Assembly (NCBI GenBank): GCA_963736005.1
Contig: CAVTNB010000001.1
Location: 704,001-768,000, forward strand
DNA from: an uncultured Pseudomonadota bacterium
Lineage (GTDB): Bacteria > Vulcanimicrobiota > Vulcanimicrobiia > Eremiobacterales > Eremiobacteraceae
Direction of reading: 5' to 3'
Length of the DNA: 64,000 nt
In this document: one piece after another, positions 48,173 to 57,905 of the stretch
How the letters are laid out: each line of letters opens with the position of its first letter
Position numbering within the stretch: position 1 is the first letter of the stretch
Program-made: the position numbers and the translations under genes
Notes under the pieces: model-generated
The model's database searches: none
The model's input: only the letters and a program-made list of their open reading frames with translations
Told to the model about the DNA's origin: nothing

Positions 48173-49197
48173 AAACCAATTGGATTGTTTTCTTGTGCTG
48201 TGCACTCTTGTGCGCCTCGTGTGCCGCCCAAGACCGGTTTGCGTACAGCGGCACGCTGCAAGCCGAATCGGCAAATGTCGGCAGCACCATTGGCGGCCGC
48301 GTCAGCCTTGTGGCTGTGAGCGACGGGCAGCTAGTCAAGCGCGGTCAAGTGCTCGTTTTTCTTGACGACAAAGAGCTGCGCGCCGATCTTGATGCGACAA
48401 TGCACCAAGAGGCGCAGGCGGCTGCCGCAGTGGGGCAGGCGCAAGCAGAGCTCACCAAGACCTCTTCCTCGCAGCCTCATCAACTTCGCGTCGCCCATGA
48501 AAACGTTCGTCAAGCGAGGGCGGCCCTTGCTGCGGCGCAGGCTCAGGCGACACAACAATCGCTGACGTACCATCGATCCCAAACACTCTTTTCGCAGGGG
48601 GCGATCGCTGCGCAAACGCTCGATGATGCTCGAGCCACCTATCAAAGCAGCCAGGCTGGGGTTGCCTCGGCGAGAGCTGGTCTGGCTTCAGCGCGCGCAC
48701 AGCTGGCACAGCTCGAAGCGTCTTCGCAGCCTCAGGATCTCGCTGTTGCGCAACAAAGCTATCAAGCCGCGGTGGCCAGCCGTGAGGCAGCCAGTGCGAA
48801 TGTCGCCGCCGCGCAAAGCCGCCTGCGCGAAATGGTCGTGCGCGCGCCCGCAGACGGAGTCATCGATGCGCTCGACTTACGACCTGGCGACATGGTTGGT
48901 CCTCGCGCGCAAATCGCCTCGGTGCGCGAGTTCCTCAATCCGTACGTTCGCATCTACGTTGCGCAACAAGATCTTGGTCGGGTGCGGGTCGGTGCGTCGG
49001 TAAGCATCCGCTCGGATGCGCTCGGCGGCCGGATCTTCAACGGTGTGGTCGAGCAAATCGATCAAGACGCGCAATTCACCCCGCAAAACACCCAAACCGC
49101 CGAAGACCGCGCAAATCTGTCATACGGCGTCAAGGTGCGCGTTCACGATCCACATCATGAGCTGCACGGCGGAACGACTGTCGAGGTTGCCTTATAA
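48169..49197 (+). CDS. HlyD family periplasmic adaptor (YbhG-like), probable lipoprotein
   Basis: LCASC lipobox-like motif, GGRV..V..G..VKRGQ, coiled coil, RAPADG, FTPQN. Confidence 0.9.
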   Translation: MKTNWIVFLCCALLCASCAAQDRFAYSGTLQAESANVGSTIGGRVSLVAVSDGQLVKRGQVLVFLDDKELRADLDATMHQEAQAAAAVGQAQAELTKTSSSQPHQLRVAHENVRQARAALAAAQAQATQQSLTYHRSQTLFSQGAIAAQTLDDARATYQSSQAGVASARAGLASARAQLAQLEASSQPQDLAVAQQSYQAAVASREAASANVAAAQSRLREMVVRAPADGVIDALDLRPGDMVGPRAQIASVREFLNPYVRIYVAQQDLGRVRVGASVSIRSDALGGRIFNGVVEQIDQDAQFTPQNTQTAEDRANLSYGVKVRVHDPHHELHGGTTVEVAL

Positions 49198-50139
49198 ATG
49201 AGCGCCGTTATCAGCGCCCATACATTAACGAAGCGCTACGGCGATCACGAGGTCGTTCGCAATCTCTCGTTCGCGGTGCCCCAAGGATCGATCTTTGGAT
49301 TTCTTGGGCCGAACGGCAGCGGCAAGTCGACGACCATCAAGATGCTGTGCGGGCTGGTCGAACCAAGTGGAGGGTCAGCCTCAGTTAATGGCTTTGACGT
49401 CGTGAAGCAGGGAGACGACGTGCGCCGGTCGATCGGCTATATGTCGCAATCGTTTTCGCTCTACACCGATCTCACCGTGGCCGAGAATCTTCAATTCTAC
49501 GGGCGCGCCTATGGACTCAACCGCGCTCGTCGCAATCAGCGCGCGCAAGACGTTGTGACCCTTACCGGATTGCAGCGGTATTCGCACCAGTTGGCAGCCA
49601 CGCTTTCGGGCGGTTGGCAGCAGCGACTGGCACTGGCCTGCGCGCTTTTGCATGAACCAAGCGTCGTTTTCTTGGACGAGCCGACCGCAGGCATCGACCC
49701 CGTCGCGCGACGAGATCTTTGGGACTTGCTCTTCAACCTCGCCGGCCAGGGTGTGACGCTCTTCGTCACGACCCATTACATGGATGAAGCCGAGCGTTGT
49801 TCGGCACTTGGCTACCTCTACGAAGGCAACCTTATCGCGCTCGGCACCATCGACGAGCTGCGTAATCTCCCAGGCGTGACGCCCGTTGGAACCATTCGGT
49901 ATCGCGTGACGGTCGAACGAGTCATGCCCGCGTTTGTACAAGCTCAACACCTCCCCTACGTCCGCGATGTCACCATTTTCGGACGCGACCTGCACTGTGT
50001 GGTCGATCAGGACGTGCCCGCGGAGCGATTGCGAGACGATCTCGCTGCGGCGGCCGGGCGCATCGAGAGTCTTGACAAAATCGAGCCTTCAATTGAAGAC
50101 GTCTTTGTGGCGCTGACTCGCGCCCGCGCTGCAGCATGA
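49198..50139 (+). CDS. ABC transporter ATP-binding protein
   Basis: GPNGSGKST, LSGGW, FLDEPTAG, TTHYMDEAE. Confidence 0.96.
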   Translation: MSAVISAHTLTKRYGDHEVVRNLSFAVPQGSIFGFLGPNGSGKSTTIKMLCGLVEPSGGSASVNGFDVVKQGDDVRRSIGYMSQSFSLYTDLTVAENLQFYGRAYGLNRARRNQRAQDVVTLTGLQRYSHQLAATLSGGWQQRLALACALLHEPSVVFLDEPTAGIDPVARRDLWDLLFNLAGQGVTLFVTTHYMDEAERCSALGYLYEGNLIALGTIDELRNLPGVTPVGTIRYRVTVERVMPAFVQAQHLPYVRDVTIFGRDLHCVVDQDVPAERLRDDLAAAAGRIESLDKIEPSIEDVFVALTRARAAA

Positions 50140-51260
50140 GATCTTCGCTTAACTTCACTGGCTTCACGGCCGTTCTGTATAAAGAACTCGTGCACATCAC
50201 GCGCGACCGGCTCACGCTCATCCTTGCGTTGATGTTGCCTATCGTCCAGCTCTTCATTTTCGGCTACGCTGTCAACATGCGCGTCGAGCATATCGGAACT
50301 GCTTTTTTCAATGAAGACCGCGGCGCACTGTCGGTTCGAGTCCTCGATGCGTTGCGCGCCTCCAATCAATTCGATCTCGTCCACGAAGCCCGATCGCGCG
50401 ACGAATTGCGCCGGCTCATTGTCGGCAACCGCGTCAAAGCTGCTTTCGACATACCCCCGAATTTTACGGCTGACGTTGCGAGCGGGCGGGGGGCTTCGCT
50501 TCAAGTGCTCATCGATGGCTCCGACAGCAATATCGCGCAGCAGGCCTATGCCGCTGCGACGGCTATCGGCGGCGTCCTCTCAAGCGAATACGGCCCGCAG
50601 GTCACAATCGCGCCGGCGATCATCGACGTGCGTCCACGCATGCTCTTCAATCCGAGCCTACGGAGCGCGAATTTCTTTGTGCCTGGTCTCATCGGCGTCA
50701 TCATGCAGTTGATCACTGTGTTCCTTATGGCGCTATCCATTGTGGGCGAGCGAGAACGAGGAACGCTCGATCAGTTGCTCGTGACGCCCATCGGGGCCAC
50801 CGGCCTCATGCTTGGAAAAATCGTGCCCTACGCGCTGATTGGTATGATCGATTTCTTCGGAGTCCTCGCAGCAATGGTTTGGGTCTTCCACGTGCCGATT
50901 GCCGGTAGCTTAGGGTTGCTCTTGACGCTCGCCGCGGGATTCCTCGTGGCCGCGCTCGGCCTCGGCTTGCTCATCTCTGCGATCGCGAGAACGCAAGTGC
51001 AAGCACTCCTCATGACGTTTGCTGCCACCTTACCGTCCATCTTGCTCTCAGGATTTGTCTTCGAGCGAGATCTCATGCCCACGATCCTGCAGTGGCTCGG
51101 CTACGCAATTCCATTGACGTACTTCTTGGAGATCTTACGCGGCATCGTGTTGCGCGGCGCTGGCATTGAAGACCTGTGGCCTTCAGTCGTCGCGATGCTC
51201 GCGCTTGGGCTCTTCCTCGTCACTTTTGCCAGCGTGCGGTTTTCCCGCCGAGTCGCTTAA
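50136..51260 (+). CDS. ABC-2 type permease
   Basis: FGYA, FNPSL, PGLIG, ERERGTL, LSGF, PLTYFL. Confidence 0.93.
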   Translation: MRSSLNFTGFTAVLYKELVHITRDRLTLILALMLPIVQLFIFGYAVNMRVEHIGTAFFNEDRGALSVRVLDALRASNQFDLVHEARSRDELRRLIVGNRVKAAFDIPPNFTADVASGRGASLQVLIDGSDSNIAQQAYAAATAIGGVLSSEYGPQVTIAPAIIDVRPRMLFNPSLRSANFFVPGLIGVIMQLITVFLMALSIVGERERGTLDQLLVTPIGATGLMLGKIVPYALIGMIDFFGVLAAMVWVFHVPIAGSLGLLLTLAAGFLVAALGLGLLISAIARTQVQALLMTFAATLPSILLSGFVFERDLMPTILQWLGYAIPLTYFLEILRGIVLRGAGIEDLWPSVVAMLALGLFLVTFASVRFSRRVA

Positions 51261-52153
51261 GCTTCGCGCAGAATTGAGCGCAGATTGCCGCCGGCACGCG
51301 AGAGCTTTGTCTTGGCTTCAGTCGCATCACAGTTGCAGAGCAACATGACAACCGCGGTTTTCACCTGATAACCCGCACGCTCGAGCGCTTGTTTGCACGC
51401 GCGCGCATCCTTCCCGCTAATTCGTTCGGTCAGCCGCTCGGCACGTCCGCGCAGTTTCGCGTTGGAGGCAATGAGGTCAACCATCAAGTTGCCATAAACT
51501 TTTCCGAGTTTCACCATGACGGCGGTGCTGATCATGGTGAGGGCCATCTTCTGCGCGGTGCCGGCTTTCATGCGGGTCGAGCCGGCGATGACTTCGGGGC
51601 CGGTGCGCAACACGATCGGGATCTGTACCGATCGGACAATGGGACTCTCGGGGTTGCTCGTGATGCAGGCGGTGAGCGCACCAGCCTGGCTTCCCGTATC
51701 CAGGGCGCCGAGCACGTAGGGCGCACCGCCCCCCGCGGAGATGCCGATCAAGGCATCCGCTCTTCCGATGCCGGCCTCACGAACCTCAGTGCCGCCAGCG
51801 CCAGCGTCATCTTCTGCTCCTTCAACCGAAGCCATGAACGCCTCGGGACCGCCGGCGATGTGCGCGACTACCAGATCGCCAGCGCTAAAGGTTGGCTGCA
51901 ATTCCGCCGCATCAAGCACGGCAATGCGGCCGCTGGAGCCGGCACCGAAGTAATGGAGCTTGCCACCTGTTCGAAGACGCTCGGTGATGGCGTCCACAGC
52001 GGCGGCAATCACGTCGATTTCGCGTTCCACCGCCCACGCCGCGCGACGGTCCTCATCGTTGATGCGATGCAGCAAGTCAGGCGTTGTCAGCAGATCGAAA
52101 TCTTCCGTCGAGGGGTTGACTTGCTCGGTCAGCGGGAGTGGAAGTTTATCCAC
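51257..52153 (-). CDS. murQ: N-acetylmuramic acid 6-phosphate etherase
   Basis: TEQVNP, GAGSSGR, EGAED, GPEVIAGSTRMKAGTAQK, GKVYGNLMVD; start taken as GTG 52153. Confidence 0.96.
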   Translation of the reverse strand: MDKLPLPLTEQVNPSTEDFDLLTTPDLLHRINDEDRRAAWAVEREIDVIAAAVDAITERLRTGGKLHYFGAGSSGRIAVLDAAELQPTFSAGDLVVAHIAGGPEAFMASVEGAEDDAGAGGTEVREAGIGRADALIGISAGGGAPYVLGALDTGSQAGALTACITSNPESPIVRSVQIPIVLRTGPEVIAGSTRMKAGTAQKMALTMISTAVMVKLGKVYGNLMVDLIASNAKLRGRAERLTERISGKDARACKQALERAGYQVKTAVVMLLCNCDATEAKTKLSRAGGNLRSILREA

Positions 52154-52173
52154 ATCGAGCGGTTTACACGAGT

Positions 52174-52246
52174 GCGGCAGCGGACCTTTAGGTTCGCTTT
52201 GTTGTAGGGGGCACAAAAATGTAGGGGGCGATTGGAAAATCGCCCC
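52174..52246 (+). repeat. Composite REP cluster (family C copy, truncated GTAG copy, family A copy)
   Basis: CGGACCTTTAGGTTCG; GTAGGGGGCACAAA; GTAG-GGGGCGATTGGAAAATCGCCCC (52221-52246). Confidence 0.85.
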
Positions 52247-52252
52247 TCGCAT

Positions 52253-52897
52253 TTAGTGAAGCGGGGCTAGTTTGACTGTCGTTGCGCCCAGGGCTTGCGC
52301 TAGGTCGTAAAATGCCTGGTTGCTAATCAAATGATAGCTGAGATCAGCGGCTTTGCCGAAGCCGGGTTCTTTGTCGATGTCGTTCATGACTTGGACGTGA
52401 ATCTTGTGTGATACCGCCTTGTCGAGAAGTAACTCGATTTGGAAAGTACCGTCGGGCGCGACGCCGGCTTTCACGAGGGTCGTTGCCAGGTCTTTGCCTG
52501 AGAGCGTGGGTGCCGGAAGTTTCACTCCAGCTGCCGTTGCAATCTTAAGCGCGTCCTTGACTGCAAAGTCGAAGGTCTTGAGCCATTGCGTCACTTTGTC
52601 GCCGCCGTACTGTTTTGTGAGCTTGGCGACTTCAGAATTGACCAGCGTCCCGCCAACCATGTTGGTCAGGGCAGTTGCCGTGGAGTAGCTGTCCGCGCCA
52701 CCGCCAGCGGCGACGAGCGAAGCTGTTACCGCTAACGCGGGCGGGCCGTTGTATATCGGGCCACCGAAACGCCCCATCATGGTTCCGCCCGACATGGTAT
52801 CTTGGCCGTTGTCCATCGGCTGGTCAGCGTACGCCACCGAGCCTGCAATCAGGCAGGCGACGACCGCGAGCGCCGAGGCCGCGAGTCTGAATTTCAT
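52253..52897 (-). CDS. Hypothetical secreted protein
   Basis: SD GAGGAGGG, signal peptide ending AYA, Met-rich N-terminus, His motifs SHKIH and YH. Confidence 0.75.
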   Translation of the reverse strand: MKFRLAASALAVVACLIAGSVAYADQPMDNGQDTMSGGTMMGRFGGPIYNGPPALAVTASLVAAGGGADSYSTATALTNMVGGTLVNSEVAKLTKQYGGDKVTQWLKTFDFAVKDALKIATAAGVKLPAPTLSGKDLATTLVKAGVAPDGTFQIELLLDKAVSHKIHVQVMNDIDKEPGFGKAADLSYHLISNQAFYDLAQALGATTVKLAPLH

Positions 52898-52951
52898 TGA
52901 ACCCTCCTCAAAGTAGTGGGCATGCGTAAATCCACCTGTGCATGCAACGAA

Positions 52952-53872
52952 TCATTGGCCGGTTTGGATGACGCCGGCCGCCTCCAATGCGAGGAAAGCA
53001 GCACCGTGTGCTGGTTCTAACGAGGGACGTTGCAGGGTACTCTTACCCGTTTCTTCGGCGCCGACACGAACGGCTTCGAACAGATCCGGAACCGCATCGA
53101 ACGCGCCGCCCGAGGCAATGACCGGAAGGATCAAAACCGTTCTCACGCTTGCCGCTACGGTGCGGACCTGCTCCCGCAGGCTTTGGCAAGCATCGCGAAC
53201 GATACGCGTGGCGGCCTCGTCGCCGGCTTCGGCGGCGTCGCCGACGAGCGCTGCGAGGGTTGCGATGGCGCCGACGTCAGGCGGCCAATGGTGGACCAGT
53301 TCGACAAGTTGCGCTACCGACGCCGCCCGCAAAGAACCCAGTACCGCATCGCTCAGCCCGCTCCTTTCTTCGAGATGGTCAAGGACGCGCGCCGCATGCT
53401 TCAGCGCGGAGACGCCGATTGAATATCCGCTCGGTGTGTCTCCGATAATGGCTCCATATCCTCCGCACCGAACGCCCTCGCCGCTCGCGCGCTCGCCATA
53501 GACAAAACTGCCGGTTCCTACGATAACCACGAGTGCTGGCCGCTCCTTTGTGCCCGCTCGAAGTGCGATCTGCGCGTCATTGCGCAGCAACACGGTTGTC
53601 TCGGGGCGCACAAGAGACCGAACGACCGATTCGAAAAATTCGCGATCCGATTCTCGCGCGAGTCCCGCCGCTCCAATGCAGACAGCACTAACCTCGCCCA
53701 CCGATAGCAATGGAACGAGCGCTTCTTTCAGACTCTCTTCTGCTTTTTCTCGCCCGACCGAGTGTATGTTAGCGCCGCCAGCACGACAGCGAGTCACTAC
53801 AAGACCTGATTCGCTGACAAGCACGGCGAGAGTTTTGCTGCCGCCTACATCGATACCGATGACGTGTTTCAA
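52952..53872 (-). CDS. BadF/BadG/BcrA/BcrD-family sugar kinase (GlcNAc/MurNAc kinase-like)
   Basis: GIDVGGSKT, GAAG, RNDA, VGTGS, GGYGAIIGD, SGG; TTG start. Confidence 0.88.
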   Translation of the reverse strand: MKHVIGIDVGGSKTLAVLVSESGLVVTRCRAGGANIHSVGREKAEESLKEALVPLLSVGEVSAVCIGAAGLARESDREFFESVVRSLVRPETTVLLRNDAQIALRAGTKERPALVVIVGTGSFVYGERASGEGVRCGGYGAIIGDTPSGYSIGVSALKHAARVLDHLEERSGLSDAVLGSLRAASVAQLVELVHHWPPDVGAIATLAALVGDAAEAGDEAATRIVRDACQSLREQVRTVAASVRTVLILPVIASGGAFDAVPDLFEAVRVGAEETGKSTLQRPSLEPAHGAAFLALEAAGVIQTGQ

Positions 53873-53885
53873 CCGCTTACCTTTC

Positions 53886-53963
53886 GGGCGATTTTCCAAT
53901 CGCCCGCTACCATGGCGATTTGACAGTCGCCCCCTACATGGCGACTTGACAGTCGCCCGCTAC
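53886..53963 (-). repeat. Three tandem family-A REP palindromes
   Basis: GGGCGATTTTCCAATCGCCC, GGCGATTTGACAGTCGCC and GGCGACTTGACAGTCGCC, each followed by CTAC. Confidence 0.93.
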
Positions 53964-53967
53964 AGGG

Positions 53968-55143
53968 CTACGAAAAAATGGAGCGCATGAGTGGCACAAA
54001 ATTTCTTCCGGGAACGATCTTCCCCATCACGACCGGCCGTCGCGCACCGGTTGCGCTTGGCAACATATTGTTCTTGCCACGCAGCGCCTCGTACGCGAGA
54101 ATGGCAAAGGTTATCGCCTCTTTGGCATCCGCAGTGAATCCGAAAGCATCTGCGCTTGCGATGCGGGGCGGACTCTCTCGCCTCGCCAGGTTTCGTTCGA
54201 TCGCGCTTATGAGCGTGAGGTTGTGGACGCCTCCACCCGACGTCACAAGCAAACGACAATCGCCCGGAATCGCATCAACGATTGTACGCGCGCTGAGCTC
54301 GGTTAATGTCGCAACGAAATCCTCACGAGGGCACGATAGCGCGCGAGCCTTTGCATAAGCGCGATCGAAAAATGTTATTCCGAACTGTTCGACGCCAGCA
54401 GTCTTCGGCGGAGATTGAGCAAAATATGGGTCCGCTAGCAGCCATTCGAGCAAAGGCGCATTCAGCTCGCCTGACGCTGCGAGCTTGCCGTCGCGATCGA
54501 ATCCCGGACCCTCCGGAAATAACGTGCGTGCCGCGCGGTCGAGGAGCATGTTTCCGGGCCCCGTATCGAAGGCTCGCACTTCTTCTGCCGCACACCCCGC
54601 CGGCATCAACGTCACGTTCGCGATGCCTCCGATGTTGAGCGCGGCGCGCGATTCGCCTTCGCTTCGAAGCAAAAGAAAATCTGCGAACGAAACCAAGGGT
54701 GCACCTTGACCTCCGGCCGCGACGTCGGTCACCCGAAAGTCGCCGACGGTTGTCAAACCGGTTTGCTCGGCTATAACCGCCGGCTCCCCCAATTGTAAGG
54801 TTGACGCGACGCGGCCGGACGACCCGTCGGGCCGAGGTTCGTGAAAGACGGTTTGACCGTGCGAGCCAACGAGCGACGCGTCAGGCACGCGTTGCAATAT
54901 CCCCACCGCCGCTTTTGCAAATGCGTCGCCAAGGGCAAAGTTTAGCGAACTGATCTCCGCCACACCCGCGGCTGCCGGGGATGTTTGGAGCTGCTCGAGT
55001 GCCGTTCGAAGCGCCTTCGGGTATGGCGTTGTGGCAAATTCCAACAACACAAAGGTGATGCGGTGATCCGTGTCGTCGAGATCGACCGCAGCCGCGTCGA
55101 TACCATCCATTGAAGTGCCGGACATGAGCCCGATGACGCGCAT
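53968..55143 (-). CDS. anmK: Anhydro-N-acetylmuramic acid kinase
   Basis: GLMSGTSMDGID, GSHGQT, GGQGAPLV, LNIGGIAN, FDTGPGN, KEA. Confidence 0.97.
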   Translation of the reverse strand: MRVIGLMSGTSMDGIDAAAVDLDDTDHRITFVLLEFATTPYPKALRTALEQLQTSPAAAGVAEISSLNFALGDAFAKAAVGILQRVPDASLVGSHGQTVFHEPRPDGSSGRVASTLQLGEPAVIAEQTGLTTVGDFRVTDVAAGGQGAPLVSFADFLLLRSEGESRAALNIGGIANVTLMPAGCAAEEVRAFDTGPGNMLLDRAARTLFPEGPGFDRDGKLAASGELNAPLLEWLLADPYFAQSPPKTAGVEQFGITFFDRAYAKARALSCPREDFVATLTELSARTIVDAIPGDCRLLVTSGGGVHNLTLISAIERNLARRESPPRIASADAFGFTADAKEAITFAILAYEALRGKNNMLPSATGARRPVVMGKIVPGRNFVPLMRSIFS

Positions 55144-56222
55144 TAGGCTAAGTCTTCGACCACCGCGTCGTGGACCGCGGCGCGAAGGCTCCGGATGGGT
55201 TCAGCTTGGCGACTGAAGAGCACGCGATTCGTGAGCAGCACGATGGTCAGCGAACGCTGCGGATCAACCCAGACCGATGTCCCCGTGTAGCCCGTGTGGC
55301 CAAACGAGCTTGACGAGAGTTTCTCTCCGCACGAGTGTCGACCCCTAGCTTTAAGCGCCCATGTCAGTCCGCGTCGCTCGTCGACGCCAACAGCTTGCTC
55401 GCGAACGGCTTCCTGCGCGGTCGGCCTCAAGAGGACGCGGCCCGCTCCAGCGGCCCCTCCGTTGCGGTACATTTCTGCCAAGCGCGCTACGTCTGTAGCG
55501 GTACCGAAGAGGCCTGCATGCCCCGCTACGCCTCCCATGGCCCAGCAGTTTTCGTCGTGGACCTCCCCGCGCAATAAGCGCTTCCGCCACTCGTCGTTTT
55601 CGGTGCACACGATGCGATCGGCCAGTTGATGTGGCGGACGATAGGTCGTTTGCCGGATTTCCAATGGTGCGCAAACGAGCTCGAGCATCGACGCATCGAG
55701 CGGTTTGCCCGTCACCCGCGCAATCGTCTCGCCCGCCAGCATGAACCCCAAATCGCTATACGTGACGGTTGTTCCGGGCGGCGCCTCAAGCGGGGTGGCG
55801 CAAACGCGGGCGATGACAGCTTTTGCCCCCAACTCGTCTCGAAAATTGACGTGCGCCGGCAGACCCGACGTATGGGTCAGGAGATGCCGGTAGGTGACGC
55901 GCAACCGGCGATTATCCAAACCAGCGAATTCGGGCAATCGGTCAACGATGGGATCGTCGAGGGAAATCCGCCGTTGGTCGAAGAGCACCAGCATCGCTGT
56001 GCCCGCAAACAATTTGGTGAGAGACGCAAGGTCAAAGAGCGAATCGGCGACGACTGGATCACCGTGCGGCATGCGCTCTCCGAATGCAGCTTCGAAAAGC
56101 ACCCTTCCATCGTGACGCACGTGCAGGACCGCACCGCCACAAATCTCGCCGATAGCGCGTTTCACGACCTTCATCGTTCGCGGCAGGGTCGATGCCTCGA
56201 GTGAGGTTTTCCGTGCGCTCAC
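55143..56222 (-). CDS. Serine hydrolase, beta-lactamase class C-like (AmiE-like)
   Basis: FDLASLTK (SxxK), LLTHTSG, YSD, GEVHDEN, GHAGLF, GHTGYTG. Confidence 0.88.
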   Translation of the reverse strand: MSARKTSLEASTLPRTMKVVKRAIGEICGGAVLHVRHDGRVLFEAAFGERMPHGDPVVADSLFDLASLTKLFAGTAMLVLFDQRRISLDDPIVDRLPEFAGLDNRRLRVTYRHLLTHTSGLPAHVNFRDELGAKAVIARVCATPLEAPPGTTVTYSDLGFMLAGETIARVTGKPLDASMLELVCAPLEIRQTTYRPPHQLADRIVCTENDEWRKRLLRGEVHDENCWAMGGVAGHAGLFGTATDVARLAEMYRNGGAAGAGRVLLRPTAQEAVREQAVGVDERRGLTWALKARGRHSCGEKLSSSSFGHTGYTGTSVWVDPQRSLTIVLLTNRVLFSRQAEPIRSLRAAVHDAVVEDLA

Positions 56223-57808
56223 GGCGCGGCTTGCACCGGCGCGCGCAGCGACACGGGCAGCTTTCCTGATGGCGAGATCTTGCCTAAAATGACATCAGCT
56301 GCAGCTTGCATTGCACCCGCATCTTCGCCGTAGCTCGCGATGACCGTCAAGGCAGCCGGCAATACCTCAGCATCGTATGGCTCGCGTCCGGCCACCGCGA
56401 TCACTCGCTTGCCAAGCATCGCTAGGTCTGCGACCCCACGCACCTGCAAGGGATGCTGTTTGGCTCGCGTGGTGATCGCGACGACCGCGTTGGCAGATCC
56501 GGACGCCATGAGCATCTGTTTGTACTCGTGACCCGCAGGATCGAGCGACCTCACTTGTTCGTGGAGGCGCGCCTCGCTTGCGCCGAGAGCGGCGCCTATA
56601 ACCGTTTTGCGATGGCGATCGACGTCTTCTACCCCGGAGGATTGTTCGTCGCCAAACTCGATGACGAGCAAGCGCTCTTCCTTGTTCAAGCGCAGCGGCA
56701 GCAGAGAGTTCGGATCGCGGACCAAGGTGATCGCGCGGCGAGCGACCTCCAGCGCAGCTTGCTTGTGCCGTTCGCTTCCGACCGTGTCGAGGGGCGGCCT
56801 TGAGATGTTGTTCGCCGCGAGACGCCGCCGAAGTTTTGCAACGCGTTGGAGGCTTTGCTGCACGCGCTCACCGGACAAGCGCCCCTCCAAAACCGCGGCG
56901 CGCAGGGCATCGCGAGCCCGGCGCACCTTATCGGGAGTATGCGAAAACAAAATGAGGTCTGCGCCCGCCGCAACGGCTTCAACCGCCGCCGCCTCGGGCG
57001 TGTGGTGCGCTTCTATCGCTTTCATTTCCATACAATCGGTGACGATGACACCCTGGTACCGCAGCTCGTCTCGCAGAAGCTCGCTCAGGATTCGGTGCGA
57101 AAGCGTCGCTGGTTTGCCTTGCTCTTCGATTGCTGGAAAGAGCGCGTGTGCGGTCATGATCGCATCCACACCTTCGGTGATGGCTGCGGAAAAAGGTACG
57201 AGTTCGACCGCCCGGACGTGAGCGAGATCGTGGGGAATCGATGGCAAATCGAAGTGGGAATCGATCGTCGTATCGCCGTGACCTGGAAAGTGCTTCGCAG
57301 TGGCAGCGACGGATGCAGCGTGCAACCCGCGAATGGCCGCCCGCACATTCAAACCCACCGCGTGCGGGTCGTCACCGAACGAGCGCAACCCAATGACCGG
57401 ATTGTCCGGATTGTTGTTGATGTCTGCGACCGGCGCAAAATCAACAGTGAAGCCGAGAGTGCCCAGCTCGTCACCGATGAGACGGTACATCGACTCGGTT
57501 GCTGCGGGATCGCGAACCGCGCCCAGCGCCATCGCGGACGGCGTGGTCGTGCCTATCTGCGCGAGCCGCGAGACGGTGCCACCCTCTTGATCCAAGGCGA
57601 TAAGCGGCGGCGCTTCGCCGTCGCGGGCGAGCGAGCGGATAGCGTCGGTCAACTCGCGCACTTGTTGCGCATCTTTGATGTTGCGGCGAAAGAGGACCAC
57701 ACCTCCAGCCTGCGCGACGAGATCGCGTGGCACGTCCGCAGCGGCTGTCCCCTGAAAACCGAACATGAGGAGCCCGGCAACCTGGTCTGCAAGCATTTTG
57801 TCGACCAC
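56219..57808 (-). CDS. nagZ: Beta-N-acetylhexosaminidase (GH3)
   Basis: DQEGG, KHFPGHGDTTIDSH signature, TDCMEM, C-terminal GH3 domain. Confidence 0.95.
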   Translation of the reverse strand: MVDKMLADQVAGLLMFGFQGTAAADVPRDLVAQAGGVVLFRRNIKDAQQVRELTDAIRSLARDGEAPPLIALDQEGGTVSRLAQIGTTTPSAMALGAVRDPAATESMYRLIGDELGTLGFTVDFAPVADINNNPDNPVIGLRSFGDDPHAVGLNVRAAIRGLHAASVAATAKHFPGHGDTTIDSHFDLPSIPHDLAHVRAVELVPFSAAITEGVDAIMTAHALFPAIEEQGKPATLSHRILSELLRDELRYQGVIVTDCMEMKAIEAHHTPEAAAVEAVAAGADLILFSHTPDKVRRARDALRAAVLEGRLSGERVQQSLQRVAKLRRRLAANNISRPPLDTVGSERHKQAALEVARRAITLVRDPNSLLPLRLNKEERLLVIEFGDEQSSGVEDVDRHRKTVIGAALGASEARLHEQVRSLDPAGHEYKQMLMASGSANAVVAITTRAKQHPLQVRGVADLAMLGKRVIAVAGREPYDAEVLPAALTVIASYGEDAGAMQAAADVILGKISPSGKLPVSLRAPVQAAP

Positions 57809-57905
57809 CTTTTTGGGCTACCTCGCTCTCGGCGCTTGCACCTGTATTTGCGTGGAGGCAGCGGTGGAGGTCAGGTGAGCGAGCTGGCGGAAAGCGCCCG
57901 TCATC

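Noticed and set aside
52146..52154. DnaA box TTATCCACA suggesting an origin
   Set aside because: A single copy overlapping the murQ start, with no cluster of boxes and no dnaA nearby
52154..52252. N-terminal extensions in the ORF track for murQ, the BadF kinase, DUF4760 paralog 1 and the carboxylase alpha subunit
   Set aside because: The extensions run through intergenic REP sequence or upstream genes; downstream starts match where family homology begins
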